The position numbers and the translations under genes are program-made. A stretch of DNA of 64,000 nucleotides from assembly GCA_976551045.1 (NCBI GenBank), contig CDPCPM010000048.1, positions 2,914,001-2,978,000 on the forward strand. Reading direction: 5' to 3'. The notes beneath the pieces were generated by a model. It ran no database searches, had not been told where the DNA came from, and saw only the letters and a list, made by a program, of their open reading frames with translations. Every line of letters starts with the position of its first letter. Position 1 is the first letter of the stretch. The stretch is from Glaucostegus cemiculus (taxonomy: Eukaryota). Below are positions 1 through 12,320 of this stretch, one piece after another.

Positions 1-120
1 ATGGAAAGAGAAACAGTTAACATTCAAGGTTGGAGAATGAGATGTGAAGGATCATTGACCTCAACCATTAACTGTTTCTCTTTCCACAAATGCTGCCTGA
101 CCAACATTTTCTGTTTCAAA
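1..120. repeat. Inverted-repeat element, Penelope terminal-repeat family (cut by window edge)
   Basis: ggaaagagaaacagttaa ... ttaactgtttctctttcc are complementary arms, followed by the family motif tgctgcctgacc. Confidence 0.6.
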
Positions 121-699
121 TTGCCATTTTTTCCCATTTTTATTATACAAGTACAGTTTGGCCTATATGATTAGTGGCTGCAGTACTGTATTATTGGTTT
201 ATTCTGTTTTATTATAGCACTCTTGGGATAAAACATGACAAAGATGATTGGGTAATTCCTTTGTTAATTAAGCTTGGTATTACACTGTTTTCAGTGGATT
301 TCAATTATTGCTATTTTCTGGAGAACTTACACTACCTTTACTGGGAGAAGTTGCTGTAGTTTCCTCTACTCTTTAAATAGAAAGCTAACAGAGTACATGG
401 AATTTCTTGGCTGTACAATGGATTGTTTACTTCAAGTCCTTACCCTGCCAACCTCTAACATGCTGCCCGACCTAGCACTGGAAAAACCTTTAAAAGGCAG
501 TGCATATCTATTTTACAGAACAACATCCTTCACTGAGTTCAAGTCCTTTAATCAGTATTGATGACAGGAGCAGGAATGAGCATTCCAGAAGTCTCTTAGC
601 TAGAAAATGACACATGCCAGCAGGCACAAGGAGCATTGCTCAGCAGCAGTAATTGCAACTGAGCAGTCTGGCAGTGTGGGGGCAAAGAATAAGTGCTCT

Positions 700-1680
700 G
701 AATATTGTCTGTCGCTCTTCCCTGACTGGATAACCAGATTTTGTGGGATCGCTGTTACTGTGATCAAAATCAACCAAGTTGGAAACTCATCACTGGGACC
801 CAGACCATGCAGACCCTTATGGACACCGTGGAGTGATTACCCAGAGGACCACACTGATCATAGTCCAATAACTCTGGAGATTCAGCACTGATGTTGCTGC
901 CCTGAGCACTTCCCAATGTATGGGAGAAGCATAGTTCATGGAGAAATGAAACTATACCTCCTTTTGAAAGGATAAACAGAAAACAAGAACCACCCAGGAT
1001 TCACAGTAGTAGCTTTGACATCAGAATGAACATACACTGACTTAATATATTTCCTTCTGGAATCAATGATTGCTTCAGGACTATCTGTCCCAGTTTTATA
1101 AGACACCAATATCTCAAAGCTATCAGGCCACAAGCTCCAATGTAAACAATGAAATCAAGAGGAATCTTATTCCAACTTTTACCAAACCATTTCTGGCATT
1201 AACTTGTGGAACAGGACCACTGGAAACATTGGAATGGGGAAGGGAAAGTGCATCCAACAATGCAGATCACAAGTTCAGGACAAATCTAATCCAGCTAATT
1301 CTTGCCCAGTCAGTCATCAGCAACATGCTGCAAGATGACAGTGTTATCAAGCAGCATTTGTACACCAATAACCTGCTCACTATGCCCAGTTTGATCCACA
1401 GCTCATCATGACCCAAGTCCAGAGATGATACAGAATGATTGCTCTTGACATCAAAGCAGTGTTGACAAATCATGGGCTTCAAGGAGTCTTGGTGAAACTA
1501 AATATAATGATCACCAGGGAAAACAAAGAAAGACCATGTTAGAAGTCAGTCATCACGGCAGAAGTCTCTTAGGGCAGCATTCCAGGCACCACCATCTTTA
1601 GCTGTTTCATTGACAACGTTCTGTCCACCAGCGGGCCAGATATAGCAATATAAGTTAATGATTACTCAACATTCAGTCGA
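700..1680 (+). mobile_element. Ancient non-LTR retrotransposon fragment (CR1/L2 group RT)
   Basis: Degenerate RT motifs: ...SVIKQHLYTNNLLT..., and attgctcttgacatcaaagcagtgttgac resembling ALDIKAAFD. Confidence 0.6.
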
Positions 1681-1699
1681 TGCCAGTTCTCAGAGTAAT

Positions 1700-1960
1700 A
1701 TTTCCCATAACCTATTCTCCCCACATTTCAATCAACTCCTCCCAGATTCTAACCCCATCTACACTAACAGCAATTTAAAATGACCAATTAACTTGCCAAA
1801 TGGCACGCCTTTGGGATGTGGGAGGAATCTGGAGCAGCCAGAGGAAACCCATGTAGTCACAGGGAGAACATGCAAACTCCCCACAGACAGCATCAGAGGT
1901 CAGCATCAAACCTAGGTCACTAGAGCTGAGAGGCAGCAGCTCTTCTCACCGTGCTGCCTC
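1700..1960 (-). mobile_element. tRNA-derived V-SINE (HE1-like), older copy
   Basis: V-domain-like core tgtgggaggaatctggagcagccagaggaaacccatgtagtcacagggagaacatgcaaactcc, with a tRNA-like head at the right end. Confidence 0.8.
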
Positions 1961-2107
1961 TGGGAATTCCTCCAATTGTCAAGGAAGCTCATTAAACCGA
2001 TGAAGAACCCAAGTCAAGTGGAGCTGCTTGAATTCCTGAAATCATCTTTGTGTGTGCAGGGGGAGAATGTGAATATCACTCCTTCGTGATGTTGAAGAAA
2101 TATTAGA

Positions 2108-2349
2108 TATTTTTTTTTAGTTACAGCGTAGTAATAGGCCCTTTTGGTCCAACGAGTCCGTGCCGCCCATTTTAAACCCCCAAATTAACCTACCCGTACG
2201 TCATTTTTTTTTAAATGTGGGAGGAAACCGGAGCACCCGGAGGAAACCCACGCAGACACAGGAGAATGCACAAACTCCTTACAGACAGCGACGGGAATCG
2301 AACCCCGATCGCTGGCGCTGTAACAGCGTCGCGCTAACCGCCACGCTAT
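2108..2349 (-). mobile_element. tRNA-derived V-SINE, young copy
   Basis: Minus strand shows an A-box-like TAGCGTGGCGGTTAGCG, B-box GGTTCGATTCC, V-domain, CR1-like 3' end and A tail. CpGs are retained. Confidence 0.9.
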
Positions 2350-2479
2350 CCCAAATGCTTTGACCATAGCAGACTTCAAGGCAGGAGATACATTCAGATT
2401 AAGAAATCACCCTGTCGTACATCGCAGGGAAAATCATTGCACAAACCTTTGAATCCTTATTAGTTATTTATTTTTTTAG

Positions 2480-3220
2480 GACAGTTATCGGTGGCAAGGT
2501 CAGCATTTTTTATTGGCTCGCTACAGCTCTTGAACAGCTGCAGTTTTTCCTGAACAAGGTTCTCTCACACTGCTGTTAGGTAGATAGCCCCTGGATTTAG
2601 ATCCAATGAAGAAATGTGGTAGATGTTCTTGTCAGGATGGAGTGCAATTTGGAGGAGATGCTGTAGATGGCAGTGCTCCCTTGCACCCGCTGCCCTTGTC
2701 CTCTTTGATGGTGGAGGTCACAGGACTGAGGGGTGCTGTCAGAAGTATTCTAGCTGAGTAAGTGCACTTACTTCAGTGACAAAGCTATATTCAGCATGTG
2801 GACAGTATTCCTTCATGCTTCTGATTCATGTCTTGCATGATGGAACAAGTTTGGAGTGTCAAGAGATGAGTCATTTGCTGCAGTTTATCCAGCCTCTGGC
2901 ACATTCATGTGGCCAAGTATTTATGGTCCAGTTAAGTTTCTGGTCAATGGTGACTCTAAGGATGTTGATAGTGGGGAAACCCAGCAATGGTAATGCCACT
3001 GAAGGTCAGAAGTAGTGGCCAGACTCTTAACAGAGATGTCATTCCCAGCAGTAAATGTTTCTTGCTGCATGCTGGCATGGCCTGCTTCATTTGCTGAGGA
3101 GTCGCAAAAGCATTTGAATATGGTTCAGTGAACATTCCCATTTGACTTTATAATGGAAGGATGGTTGAAGATAGTTGATCCTAGGAAAGTGCAATAAATC
3201 CTGTGATGATGTCCTGTTAG
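2480..3220 (-). mobile_element. Ancient LINE 3' fragment
   Basis: Same family as 33040-33740 and 44600-45640 (cttgaacagctgcag, cagttaagtttctggtcaatggtgac). Confidence 0.55.
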
Positions 3221-6200
3221 TACTAAGGCCAAGGTCCTCCATTCCTAGCAAGTCCTAATCAGATGCTCTCTGCCCTGGCAATACAGACTCACTGTGGGAA
3301 CTCTGGAAAACAGGAGTACCTTCCAGATACCAGAAGGAAGTGATGGAGGAGGTCCATGGCAATGATTTTCCCCACGGCCGACAGCGGGCAGAACACTCTG
3401 TGGAATCCACTGTCATATTTGTCTCCTTAACATGCAAAAGTAACACCCACTTAAATCTTTCTTTAGTTGTGTTTATTTAACTTACCCGAAGCTTTGGCAC
3501 CATGCTAAATAAACAGCCATTGTAATTTGTGACTGTACTAAATTTACAAAAAGACTACAATAAAGTATGCTTGCCAACATTCCAATTCATTCCAAGTAGA
3601 AGACACGCTGATAGGACACCATGGGAAGCAATCTTATTAAGGAATTCTAAAGGACTTCTTGATCGGTTTGTCAAATGAAGGTTGGCCCACAATGTGGACC
3701 CCTAACTTAAGTGAGTCAGACATTAAAAACAAAAAGTCTACCAATAAAAAACACTTCATGAAAGAAATGCAAAATGCCATATTGCAGAAGATCAGCAATC
3801 CAGATATCCATCATCCAAAATAGCTATTAAAAAAATTGCACATTTAAGATTTGGATTGCAATGGATTACGAGTTTCCAAATCATAAGCTTCTGTGCAATG
3901 CTGGATTCCACGTATTTGGGTAAATACAATAATTAAATGTTTTTGAAACTGTTATATTAACATTAAGCACACTATTACATTTAAAATTTACATTGAGTAT
4001 ACAAATATAGGACTTGTAAAGAATGACAAAGATATCCAAAAGGTAATCTATCAAAGACCCTATTCATAATCCAATTGTGACCACACTTTGTGGTCCCTAG
4101 GATCTTGGGCTGAACATCTTCTAGTGTATAACTTGAGTCATGGGCATTAAAAGAGTATTTGTATCCAAGCTGGGGATGCAGAAAAGAATTGGTTGGATAA
4201 ATTGTAAGTCAATAGAAGAGAATGCAAGGAAAATAAAGCATGAAATCTACAATAGCTTAGGTACTGAATTAGTTCTTGTTGGTTCCAGCACACATAGGTT
4301 AAAGCTAATTACCAACGGTATCTACAATATAAATTCTATTTTGGATTAAATTCACATCTTAGCACTCTACTAAACAGCTTACCAGTACCCATCCTTGCTT
4401 ATTGCTGAGTGGTCCAGCAGGTTTTTCCATTAGGCCTTGATTAGATCTTGGAGCCATACTCCCTAATAGTCACAATGTCAAACTACAAATTTCAAGCTCA
4501 GTGAGAAGTCCTTCATTAGAACAGCTATTAATCACTACAATATTCAGGTTGATAAAAGTACAAACAATGTGATACAGAAGGTATAAAATACAAGCCATTT
4601 TAAATGTTAAGACTAAGATGAAGATACCCTAGGTAAACATCATCCAACAGCATTGGATGTTATATTTTCTGTTCCGTTGACAGTTTTAACTTAAAGTAAT
4701 TGGTGTTCTTATTTATACGCTGTATGATTCCTGGATGCTTTATTAAACCTGCTAACAAAACATACTCACTACACATAATATTGGTATCAACATATGTGGT
4801 TTATCACTGCCATTGCACCAAGTTGGGAATGCATCTAAAAGGTCAAAACGTTTGGCACAGATTTATGATTCAACCTACTCCAATCAATTCAAACATCCTG
4901 TGTAATGGATAAAATGACTGATCACTGACTATCGTTTCAATAACCTTTCTTCACGTACATCAGCCAAAGATTTTGAATGGGGGGAATCCAAGGTCAATTT
5001 AGCTTCCGATAAACTGGCCTGAAGCCAGCAGAAAAACAGATGTGCATGACGTAAGCCATCAAAAGTCATATTAAAGGGAACATGATGGTGTGTTTGTTCT
5101 TCTAGCATTAAGAATACCAATTCTTTATCTAATTAAGCAAATTTGTTTGCTGGTTTAAACTCTGCAGAATTGCCTAGTGGTATCCAGTTTCTGGTTGCTG
5201 AGATTAACAGGAAGTGCATGTTATATTCCAATAAACCTGATTATTGCAGCAGTCTTTTTTTTTTAAAGATATTACTAGATTTCTTATTTAGATTCTGAGC
5301 AAATTTTCTTTCCGATAGTGGCTGGTTCTGAACTACAAAAGAATAGCACAAAAATAGTGCTTAGTTGGTATCAGTAAACTTGCCACAAGTAACACAGCTG
5401 GGTATTGAAATAATTCCAATGGAGTATAGTGGAATCAAATCATAGAGGTAGAGTTGATGGTTACTGGTGTGTAATACACTTAAGACCAAATTGAAGAGAA
5501 ATTTCTAGGTATATGCCCACAATTAAAAATCCTAAATTGGGATACCAGCTTTAAAAATATGCATTGTCAAATGACTAGTGCATCACTATCGCCTATCAAA
5601 ACACAGTACAAACAATAAATTATTTTTAACTTGTTGCAGGGAAACTTTCTGGTAACCCAACAGGTTTTGAACCAGTCTGGCTACTTACTTTCAATAAAAG
5701 GTAAATGCTTCAGACAAAAATTACTAAATCGTCTTTCAAGACCAGGTATTGTTTTTTTTCAAAAACAAGAAAACATTGGTGTAACAGTTTGATAATCTGC
5801 CAATGTTGATCACTTAAAGTTTCATTTAAACTTTGATTGACGTTCAAAAAATTGCTAGTAACTGCAGTTTCTTGCTGCCATTTTTCAATAATTTACAACT
5901 AGATCACATGCTATTTGATTGGGCAGTTCCATGAGTGCTTTTAGTTCACCCTATTTTAGCTGAGAAGCTTCATTCAATTTGCACCACAGTTCTGTTTCAC
6001 CTGTTAGATATGCAAATTGAAAAATGTGAAATCGTCAAATTGTTTAGCACTTTGTTGGATTTCTTCAAGCAAAGATGAGGCACCAGGTTGGTACTGAATA
6101 TTCTCAGCAGAGCCACTTATCTTTGTCTCTTGCAAATGGGGAAGGGGAGGGGGGAGCGCAGGGGTTGGCTGACAAGACACTGGGCTCCCTATAATACAAT

Positions 6201-6258
6201 GAAATGCACTCAGTGACCAAATTGAGAAAGCTGTTTTTGATGATTCCCATATGCATAC

Positions 6259-6315
6259 CTCACCCATTTGTGCTTCAACAATCTGCTGTGCCAGTTCCTC
6301 CATACTGTTTGCCAT
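6259..6315 (-). CDS. NR2C1: NR2C1 (TR2) first coding segment, within exon 2 (exon spans 6259-6337)
   Basis: tgtatttcttccag|GATGTGCTC...TGA ATG GCA AAC AGT ATG GAG GAA CTG GCA CAG CAG ATT GTT GAA GCA CAA ATG GGT GAG|gtatgc = MANSMEELAQQIVEAQMGE. Recalled human NR2C1 N-terminus is MATIEEIAHQIIEQQMGE. Phase-0 donor after QMGE. Lies downstream of FGD6 on the same strand, as in human. Later exons were not found in the window. Confidence 0.82.
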
Positions 6316-7989
6316 TCAGATTATTCATGAGCACATCCTGGAAGAAATACACAGATTTATCCAGTGGATAATAGAGTCAAAGAAAATTACAGAATCCTCA
6401 TCAGGTGAAGAAATATATGACAGTTTATACCTACAAATGACAGGTGCACCAAGTTCCAGTTTTTAAATAAATGTAACATCATTTCTTGTTCCCTAAAATA
6501 AGCATAAAATCCTAGAAATGATAAAACATTGATAAAACACAGACCATAACCTCAGAACATCCCAGACTAGTGTCAATATATTCACGCATGAACATGTGCA
6601 TTAATGGAATGATCAGCATTTAATGTCCATCAGAACCTGCCAGAGGCCATTTAGTTCTGAAGTATGCTGAGGTGCAATATACAAAAAGTGTCAATGAATT
6701 TGCACAAAAAAAAGATGATGACTGCAAAGTATGTATTAGTGATATAGACCAAGGATGAAAATTAGCTTGTTTCTTCAGTAACATAATTTTAACTTTTATC
6801 CAGATGGGTCAGGAAGGAAGGAAGAAAATGAACCAAAGCTCCATTGGCATATAGAATTTGTGGCAAATTCTGGAATTTAGCCAAATAAGTTTTCATACAA
6901 GAAATACAATTGTGGCATAAATGCATAAAAGTACAGAAGATCAAATCCTATTCACAAAATTATAAAGATGAAATTGAATGTAAATCTTTATAATTCCATT
7001 CATTATGAATAACATCTAGCCACTGACAGTGTTGACTATTCTAATATCAATGGACATTAATTCAAACTGGACATAAAATATTGGAGCATGACAATAAATA
7101 GTGGAAACTACCTATGTTGCAGACAATATTTTACAAATGAAAATTAATTTGAAAGTAGACTAAGTGATCAACATTATACTTAAAGGATGAATCCAAAAGG
7201 ACCAACAGAATCGTCACACCATGGGGCAGTTCTTTGAACGATACAAGTCCTCTGCTCTACACAAACGTCCATTCCAAATTATCTCTTTGTACCTTGACAT
7301 TTTCATTAAGCTTGCACTCGTGATCTTTTGCCACTTTCCCTACTATTGGAGTTCATGTTAAAATAACATGTCAAATTTCCCTTCATTACACATACAACAC
7401 CATATAATCCACATCAGCTCAGAAACTCAAGTTTTTACTTCTTCATAACTCAGTTCTCTGTAACCACAAATTAGATATCCCATACTACTGTTAGCATCAA
7501 TTTTTCATTCAGTTATTTAATGCTAGCATACATTCCCCATCCCCATTTGGTCTAGGATGATGGAAGTCAGCATTCTTACATAAATGGAGTCCAAATGACA
7601 ACCATGTTGTAATTTATCCAAAGATATGTTCAAACGAAAAACATAATTGTGACACGAGAGTACTGACGAAGTGTTTCTCTTTCTATAGATGTTTCTTGAC
7701 CTGAGTGTTTCCAACATTCTCTACTTTTAAATTCAGATTTCCAGCAGTATTTTTTGATTTGCATTTGAGTCCATATAATGGCAATGCTCCCACAATGTAT
7801 TTGACAGGGCTCCAAGACTTTGATATCATGAAGGAATGGTGATATATGTCTATGGGTGAATTGGAAGAAAAATTTGAATGTAGTGTTATATCCATTCACA
7901 AAAAATTCTTGCTCTTCAAGGTAGTAAAAGTCAAACACTTAGGAGGTACTGCTGAAGGACGTCGAGTTGTCTTTTGGTTCTGATGCAGA

Positions 7990-8480
7990 CTGCTCAATCA
8001 ACAACATCGATCGTGTTCTATGTTAAAACTTTACTAGGTTAGCATCTCAAACCGGAATGGTCATGCTCTTCTACACTCTGCATTGAGCCAGGTTTGATCA
8101 CCTGGTTTTATTGTAACAGAGGAGCATGGCCGTGAGGTTACAGATTGTTTTCTGCTGTGACAGCCCACAGGATCTAAGGGACTGTCAGTTTTATTTTGCC
8201 AGATGTGCTCTTGATTTACATCACATAGGAAGCTGTTGCACTACAAAATGGAAGCTATCTTCATTAAGTGGGGGTGTGGTGATGAGACTTGGTCATCACA
8301 AAGACTCTGCAGTAATCACTACCAGTCAGTCACATACGAGAATGAAGTTACCCAACTTATTTCCTCCCATTGATTCTTTCACCACCTGTTACTAGCTCAG
8401 TTTGACAGCTCTGGCCTTTATGACTACCAGGCCACTTCAGATGTTAGACATCAAAATCCTGCAACCATATTATAAGCTGT
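7990..8480 (-). mobile_element. Ancient LINE endonuclease-region fragment
   Basis: Degenerate similarity to the reverse complement of the 700-1200 family. Confidence 0.4.
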
Positions 8481-9139
8481 ACCCTTGAATTGAAAGAGGG
8501 GAGAAGATACTACTCAACAGGAAGTCAATATTGAGGCATAGTAGAAATGTTATCCTCTAACTGCTAACCATGTTAACAGCTTGCAACTTCCACCTTCCCC
8601 TACCCCCACCCTAACATTCTCCAGACTTTAGTGAGATGAATTCCTGTGGAATGGAACAAATTCGGGGATAGTTGTAGAGTCTGGGACTGGATGAGAAGTA
8701 AGATTATAAGAGTATGATTATGATAAACTGCTCCTCGATAAGTCCATGGGAGAATTTGTTATACATGCTAATCCCCAGATATTGGAAAAGAGGAAGGTGC
8801 AGGATATAGTTTAAACACTTCCCCATTTCATGTTCAGGTAGTAACCTGATCATCCAGTTTTATTCCAAGTAGTTTTTTTAGATAAATAATTTCACATAAC
8901 TTGAGGCCTACTAGACCACTTCAGGGACAGTAAAGGTTCAGCTATGTTTGTGTGGGACTAGAATTGTTTGCATGCCAGGCAGGTAGAGGTATTTTTCCCA
9001 ATGATGCAAGTTTTTAATGACGAGCTGACAATTGCATTGTTTTATTTGCAGACACCAATTACTCCTAGATTTCTTTAGAACAGAACTCAAATCCTGTCTC
9101 TCCTGGTGTGATTAGAACTCAAATCGTTTAAGTTATTAC

Positions 9140-9375
9140 ACTTCTCGCAGAAGGTGGTGAACCTCTCGAACTCTCTACCCTGGGAAGCTGTGGCGGCATT
9201 GTGGGCATTTAAGGAGAATACAAATAAAGTTTTGAACAAAAAAAACAGGGAACTGAAAGCTATGGGGAACAGGCACAGAAGAGGAGATAAAGCCTGGTGA
9301 AGATTAGCATTACCTACATTGAATGGCTGGGCTGGCTTGAGTGCCAAGAGGGCTAATCCTGCTCCTATGTTCTTG
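9140..9375 (+). mobile_element. CR1 LINE 3' end
   Basis: cttctcgcagaaggtggtgaacctctcgaactctctacc ... ggctaatcctgctcctatgttcttgtg. Confidence 0.75.
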
Positions 9376-10440
9376 TGAGTTCAGTGGTAATTAGGGGCAG
9401 AAATGTAAGCAAGCAAATATAATGGAAAGCATATGGACTAAAAAGGTCAGCTCAGGGTTGAACAAAGTACCAAAGGTACAGATCAATTAGTTCAAACTCT
9501 GATGGTGGGTGGGGAAGGAAGCACTATGGAGTCAATGGTGGTGACAGCTCATTTTAATGGAGGCAAGAGTCCTAGAAGACAAGAAATACATCAGATGGAA
9601 ATGAGCATCTCAGGCCAAACAAAACATTTACCAAGAGCATCAGCAAACATTACCCACACTCACCAACGCTATTTCTAAATTCTTTCTTCCACCTATCCAA
9701 ATCTAGAAAGTTGACAGTTTCTGCCTCAACCACCAACTTCCAAACTGCATTCCAAAGCTTGTCATCTTCACTATCATCTGTTTCAAGATGTTTCTTTGTA
9801 CTTAATTTTCTCTAGTGCAGACAATAACCCAGCCTCAATACACTAGGAAGCACACAACACCCCAACTGAGCTTGGTAGATATTTTAAAACCTCATCAACA
9901 TCTCGTCTTTTATACTTTTATAACCTGTGCTGTAATATATCAGGAACTATATTTTCTTTTGCTGGATCCTAATTAGGATGATTGCTGTCTCTAATGCGTT
10001 ATGAACCTGTGCCCTAAAATTCCACAGCAATAAGCCTATTTCCATACCAAGCATTAGCATTATTTTCTGCTTTAAAACAATAAGTATCACATCATAACAA
10101 CAGAAACTGGGGAAGAGACCAAGATGTGAATTTGCAGTGATGGTCAAGCTTCATGGTTGTGCTTTGAGAGTAAAAGACAAAAATCACTTCAGACACAATG
10201 GGTCATAAGCAGAAATACTGAAGAACCAGGGAGGCAACTTCCAACAAATAATGTTGCTGTAATTTCCAATTTTGTATCTTGGAGTTATCAGAACAAAGAA
10301 CATTCTAGGTGTTATCTGGTTAGAGCATTGCATAAATTAATCTCATTGCAAGAACATTTTTTTCACTAGCATGGTGTAGCTGTATGACTAACCACCAAAT
10401 CTTTTCAAACTTAATGAGAAAGGAAGTTAACTTTACATCA

Positions 10441-10640
10441 GAGACACAAGAGACTACAGATGCTGCTGTCTGGAGCAACAAGCAATCTGCTGGAGGAACT
10501 CATCAGGTCAAGCAGTATCTGTGGGAGAAAAGGAATGCAGGTCCTGATGCAAGATTTCAACCCAAAATGTCAACAATTCCTTTCCTCCCACAGATGCCGC
10601 TCAATACACTGAGTTCCTCCAGCAGATTGTTTGTTGCTTT
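10441..10640. repeat. Inverted-repeat element, Penelope terminal-repeat family
   Basis: Arms gcaacaagcaatctgctggaggaactca... and ...ctgagttcctccagcagattgtttgttgc are reverse complements, about 60 bp each. Confidence 0.85.
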
Positions 10641-11509
10641 AACTTTACTTCAATTCTGGAAGAAGTCACCTTTACCCAAACTCTATCCTGCTATACAGAG
10701 GGAGTGGTACTGGATGGCTACCTCAGCTAACTAAGCAAGTGTGAAGGGTTGCTCCGCCTTGAAGGAGGCGGAAGATGGAAAGGAGACAAATTAAGGATGC
10801 ATTAAAGAGGGTCCATCGCAGACACTGAGCATGGTGACAACCGTTGCAGAAAGAAGACCCTGAGTTTGGAACTCAGAGGATGACAACCTCCATCAGAATG
10901 AGCCTGGCCAATTCACCTCACACAGGTAGTATTCAAGTCCAAGCCATGAGTCTTGTGATTAGTGTAATGAGTGAGAAACCAGAATCTAATGTGAAGTTAG
11001 AGAGTTAATAGTATGCTAGCATGCCTAAGTGACTTGAGTACTTTGAGAGTCTCTTTGTGTGGCATGTCAGTTGATACCCTATAGAGGTAATAGGGTCAAT
11101 ATTGGTTATTGCACATCAACCTAATTTTATGACATTGACACAACAGAACCAAAGCCTAATACTCGAGGTCTTGTTAAATTGTTATCACCTTTCTTACACC
11201 ATTGCTGATCTCATACTGCAGCAACTTATTTTCAAGTTTCAAATGGGACACATTAAACAGCGAAGTTTCCATCTAGAAACTCCAACAATACCAACAAGTA
11301 ACATTTATTGAATAGTTGCAATTCTAGTTTCTGATTCCGAATTCTCTACTACATACCTTTTGCTGTTCTTCTTTCTCCAGCTTGGCACTTTATATAAACA
11401 GCCACCTTTTAATCTGCATGTTAAAATGGGCAAGAAAATCATATTTCAATTCTTTGAAAGTAAATTCAAAAGATAGTATCAGATGAAAATAATTTTGCAC
11501 AATACAGAG

Positions 11510-11820
11510 AGCAAGAGTGCATTTACACAGCACTTTATGACCGACGGCTATTATACAGCCAACAAATTATTTCTGGACACGTTTATTGTAAAGTCAACAA
11601 GCAGTTTTCTGCACACAAAAGGCCACAAATGAAGAGATAAATGACTAGATCACCTGCTTTTGGGCCACACCATTTGCCAAATTTGGCAAATGTTAGCCAG
11701 GACAGTAGAAAATATCCTTCAATTCTCTGCCTGCAGAGAGCATTTATAATCATCGAAGGCGCGTTGCACCAAAGAATTAGCAATGGGTTAAATAGCTCAA
11801 GTCTCTGAAGAGGGCATTAA
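11510..11820 (-). mobile_element. Deu-core SINE (SacSINE/AmnSINE-like)
   Basis: gcatttacacagcacttta ... tgcacacaaaaggccacaaat ... aatgactagatcacctgctttt. Confidence 0.55.
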
Positions 11821-12320
11821 ACTTCAGACAAACTTTTGAGAGATTGAAAAGTGTTGGTGTTTTCAAAAGGACTTTGGTGTCCTTTCCCATGGATACACTT
11901 CCTATAGGACTACAGTAAAGATTCAGGCTGCTTCTTGGAATGACAGGTGTGTCATAAGAGAAACAGAGTAGGGTAGGCCTGTGTTCTCTGGAGCATGAAC
12001 AGTGACTTGGGTGAAAAATACAAAATTCTTTGAAGGCTAAACAGAGTAGATGTGGGAAGTATGTTTACCCAGACTGAGGAATCTAAAACTGGAGGTCACA
12101 GTCCAAAATAAAGAGTACACCATTTAGAACAGAAATAAGGAGAAATTTCTTCACTACCCCAAAATCCCAGCGGCTCAGTTATTGACTGTATTCGAAACAG
12201 CTGGATTTCTGGATACTGAAGGAATCAAGGGATGTGAAGCTAGGGTGGGAAAATAGTGCTGAGGTAGATGTAGAAAGGCAGATATATATGGATGAATGAG
12301 ATGATATTCCATTCTTCTAT
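11820..12320 (+). mobile_element. CR1 LINE 3' fragment
   Basis: ggactttggtgtcc (RDLGV-like) ... catttagaacagaaataaggagaaatttcttcac. Confidence 0.65.

Noticed and set aside
2280-2349. tRNA gene
   Set aside because: The A/B boxes belong to the tRNA-derived head of a SINE and continue into SINE body.
3293-3425. Possible 133-nt minus-strand exon (ttaag|GAGAC...CACA|gtgagt) in NR2C1 intron 2
   Set aside because: Weak acceptor, frame-shifting length, and no similarity to the expected NR2C1 QRIQ/IVTDQQTGQKIQ sequence.
4945-5018. Possible minus-strand exon encoding ASLSEAKLTLDSPHSKSLADVREE
   Set aside because: Poor donor (gttatt) and no NR2C similarity.
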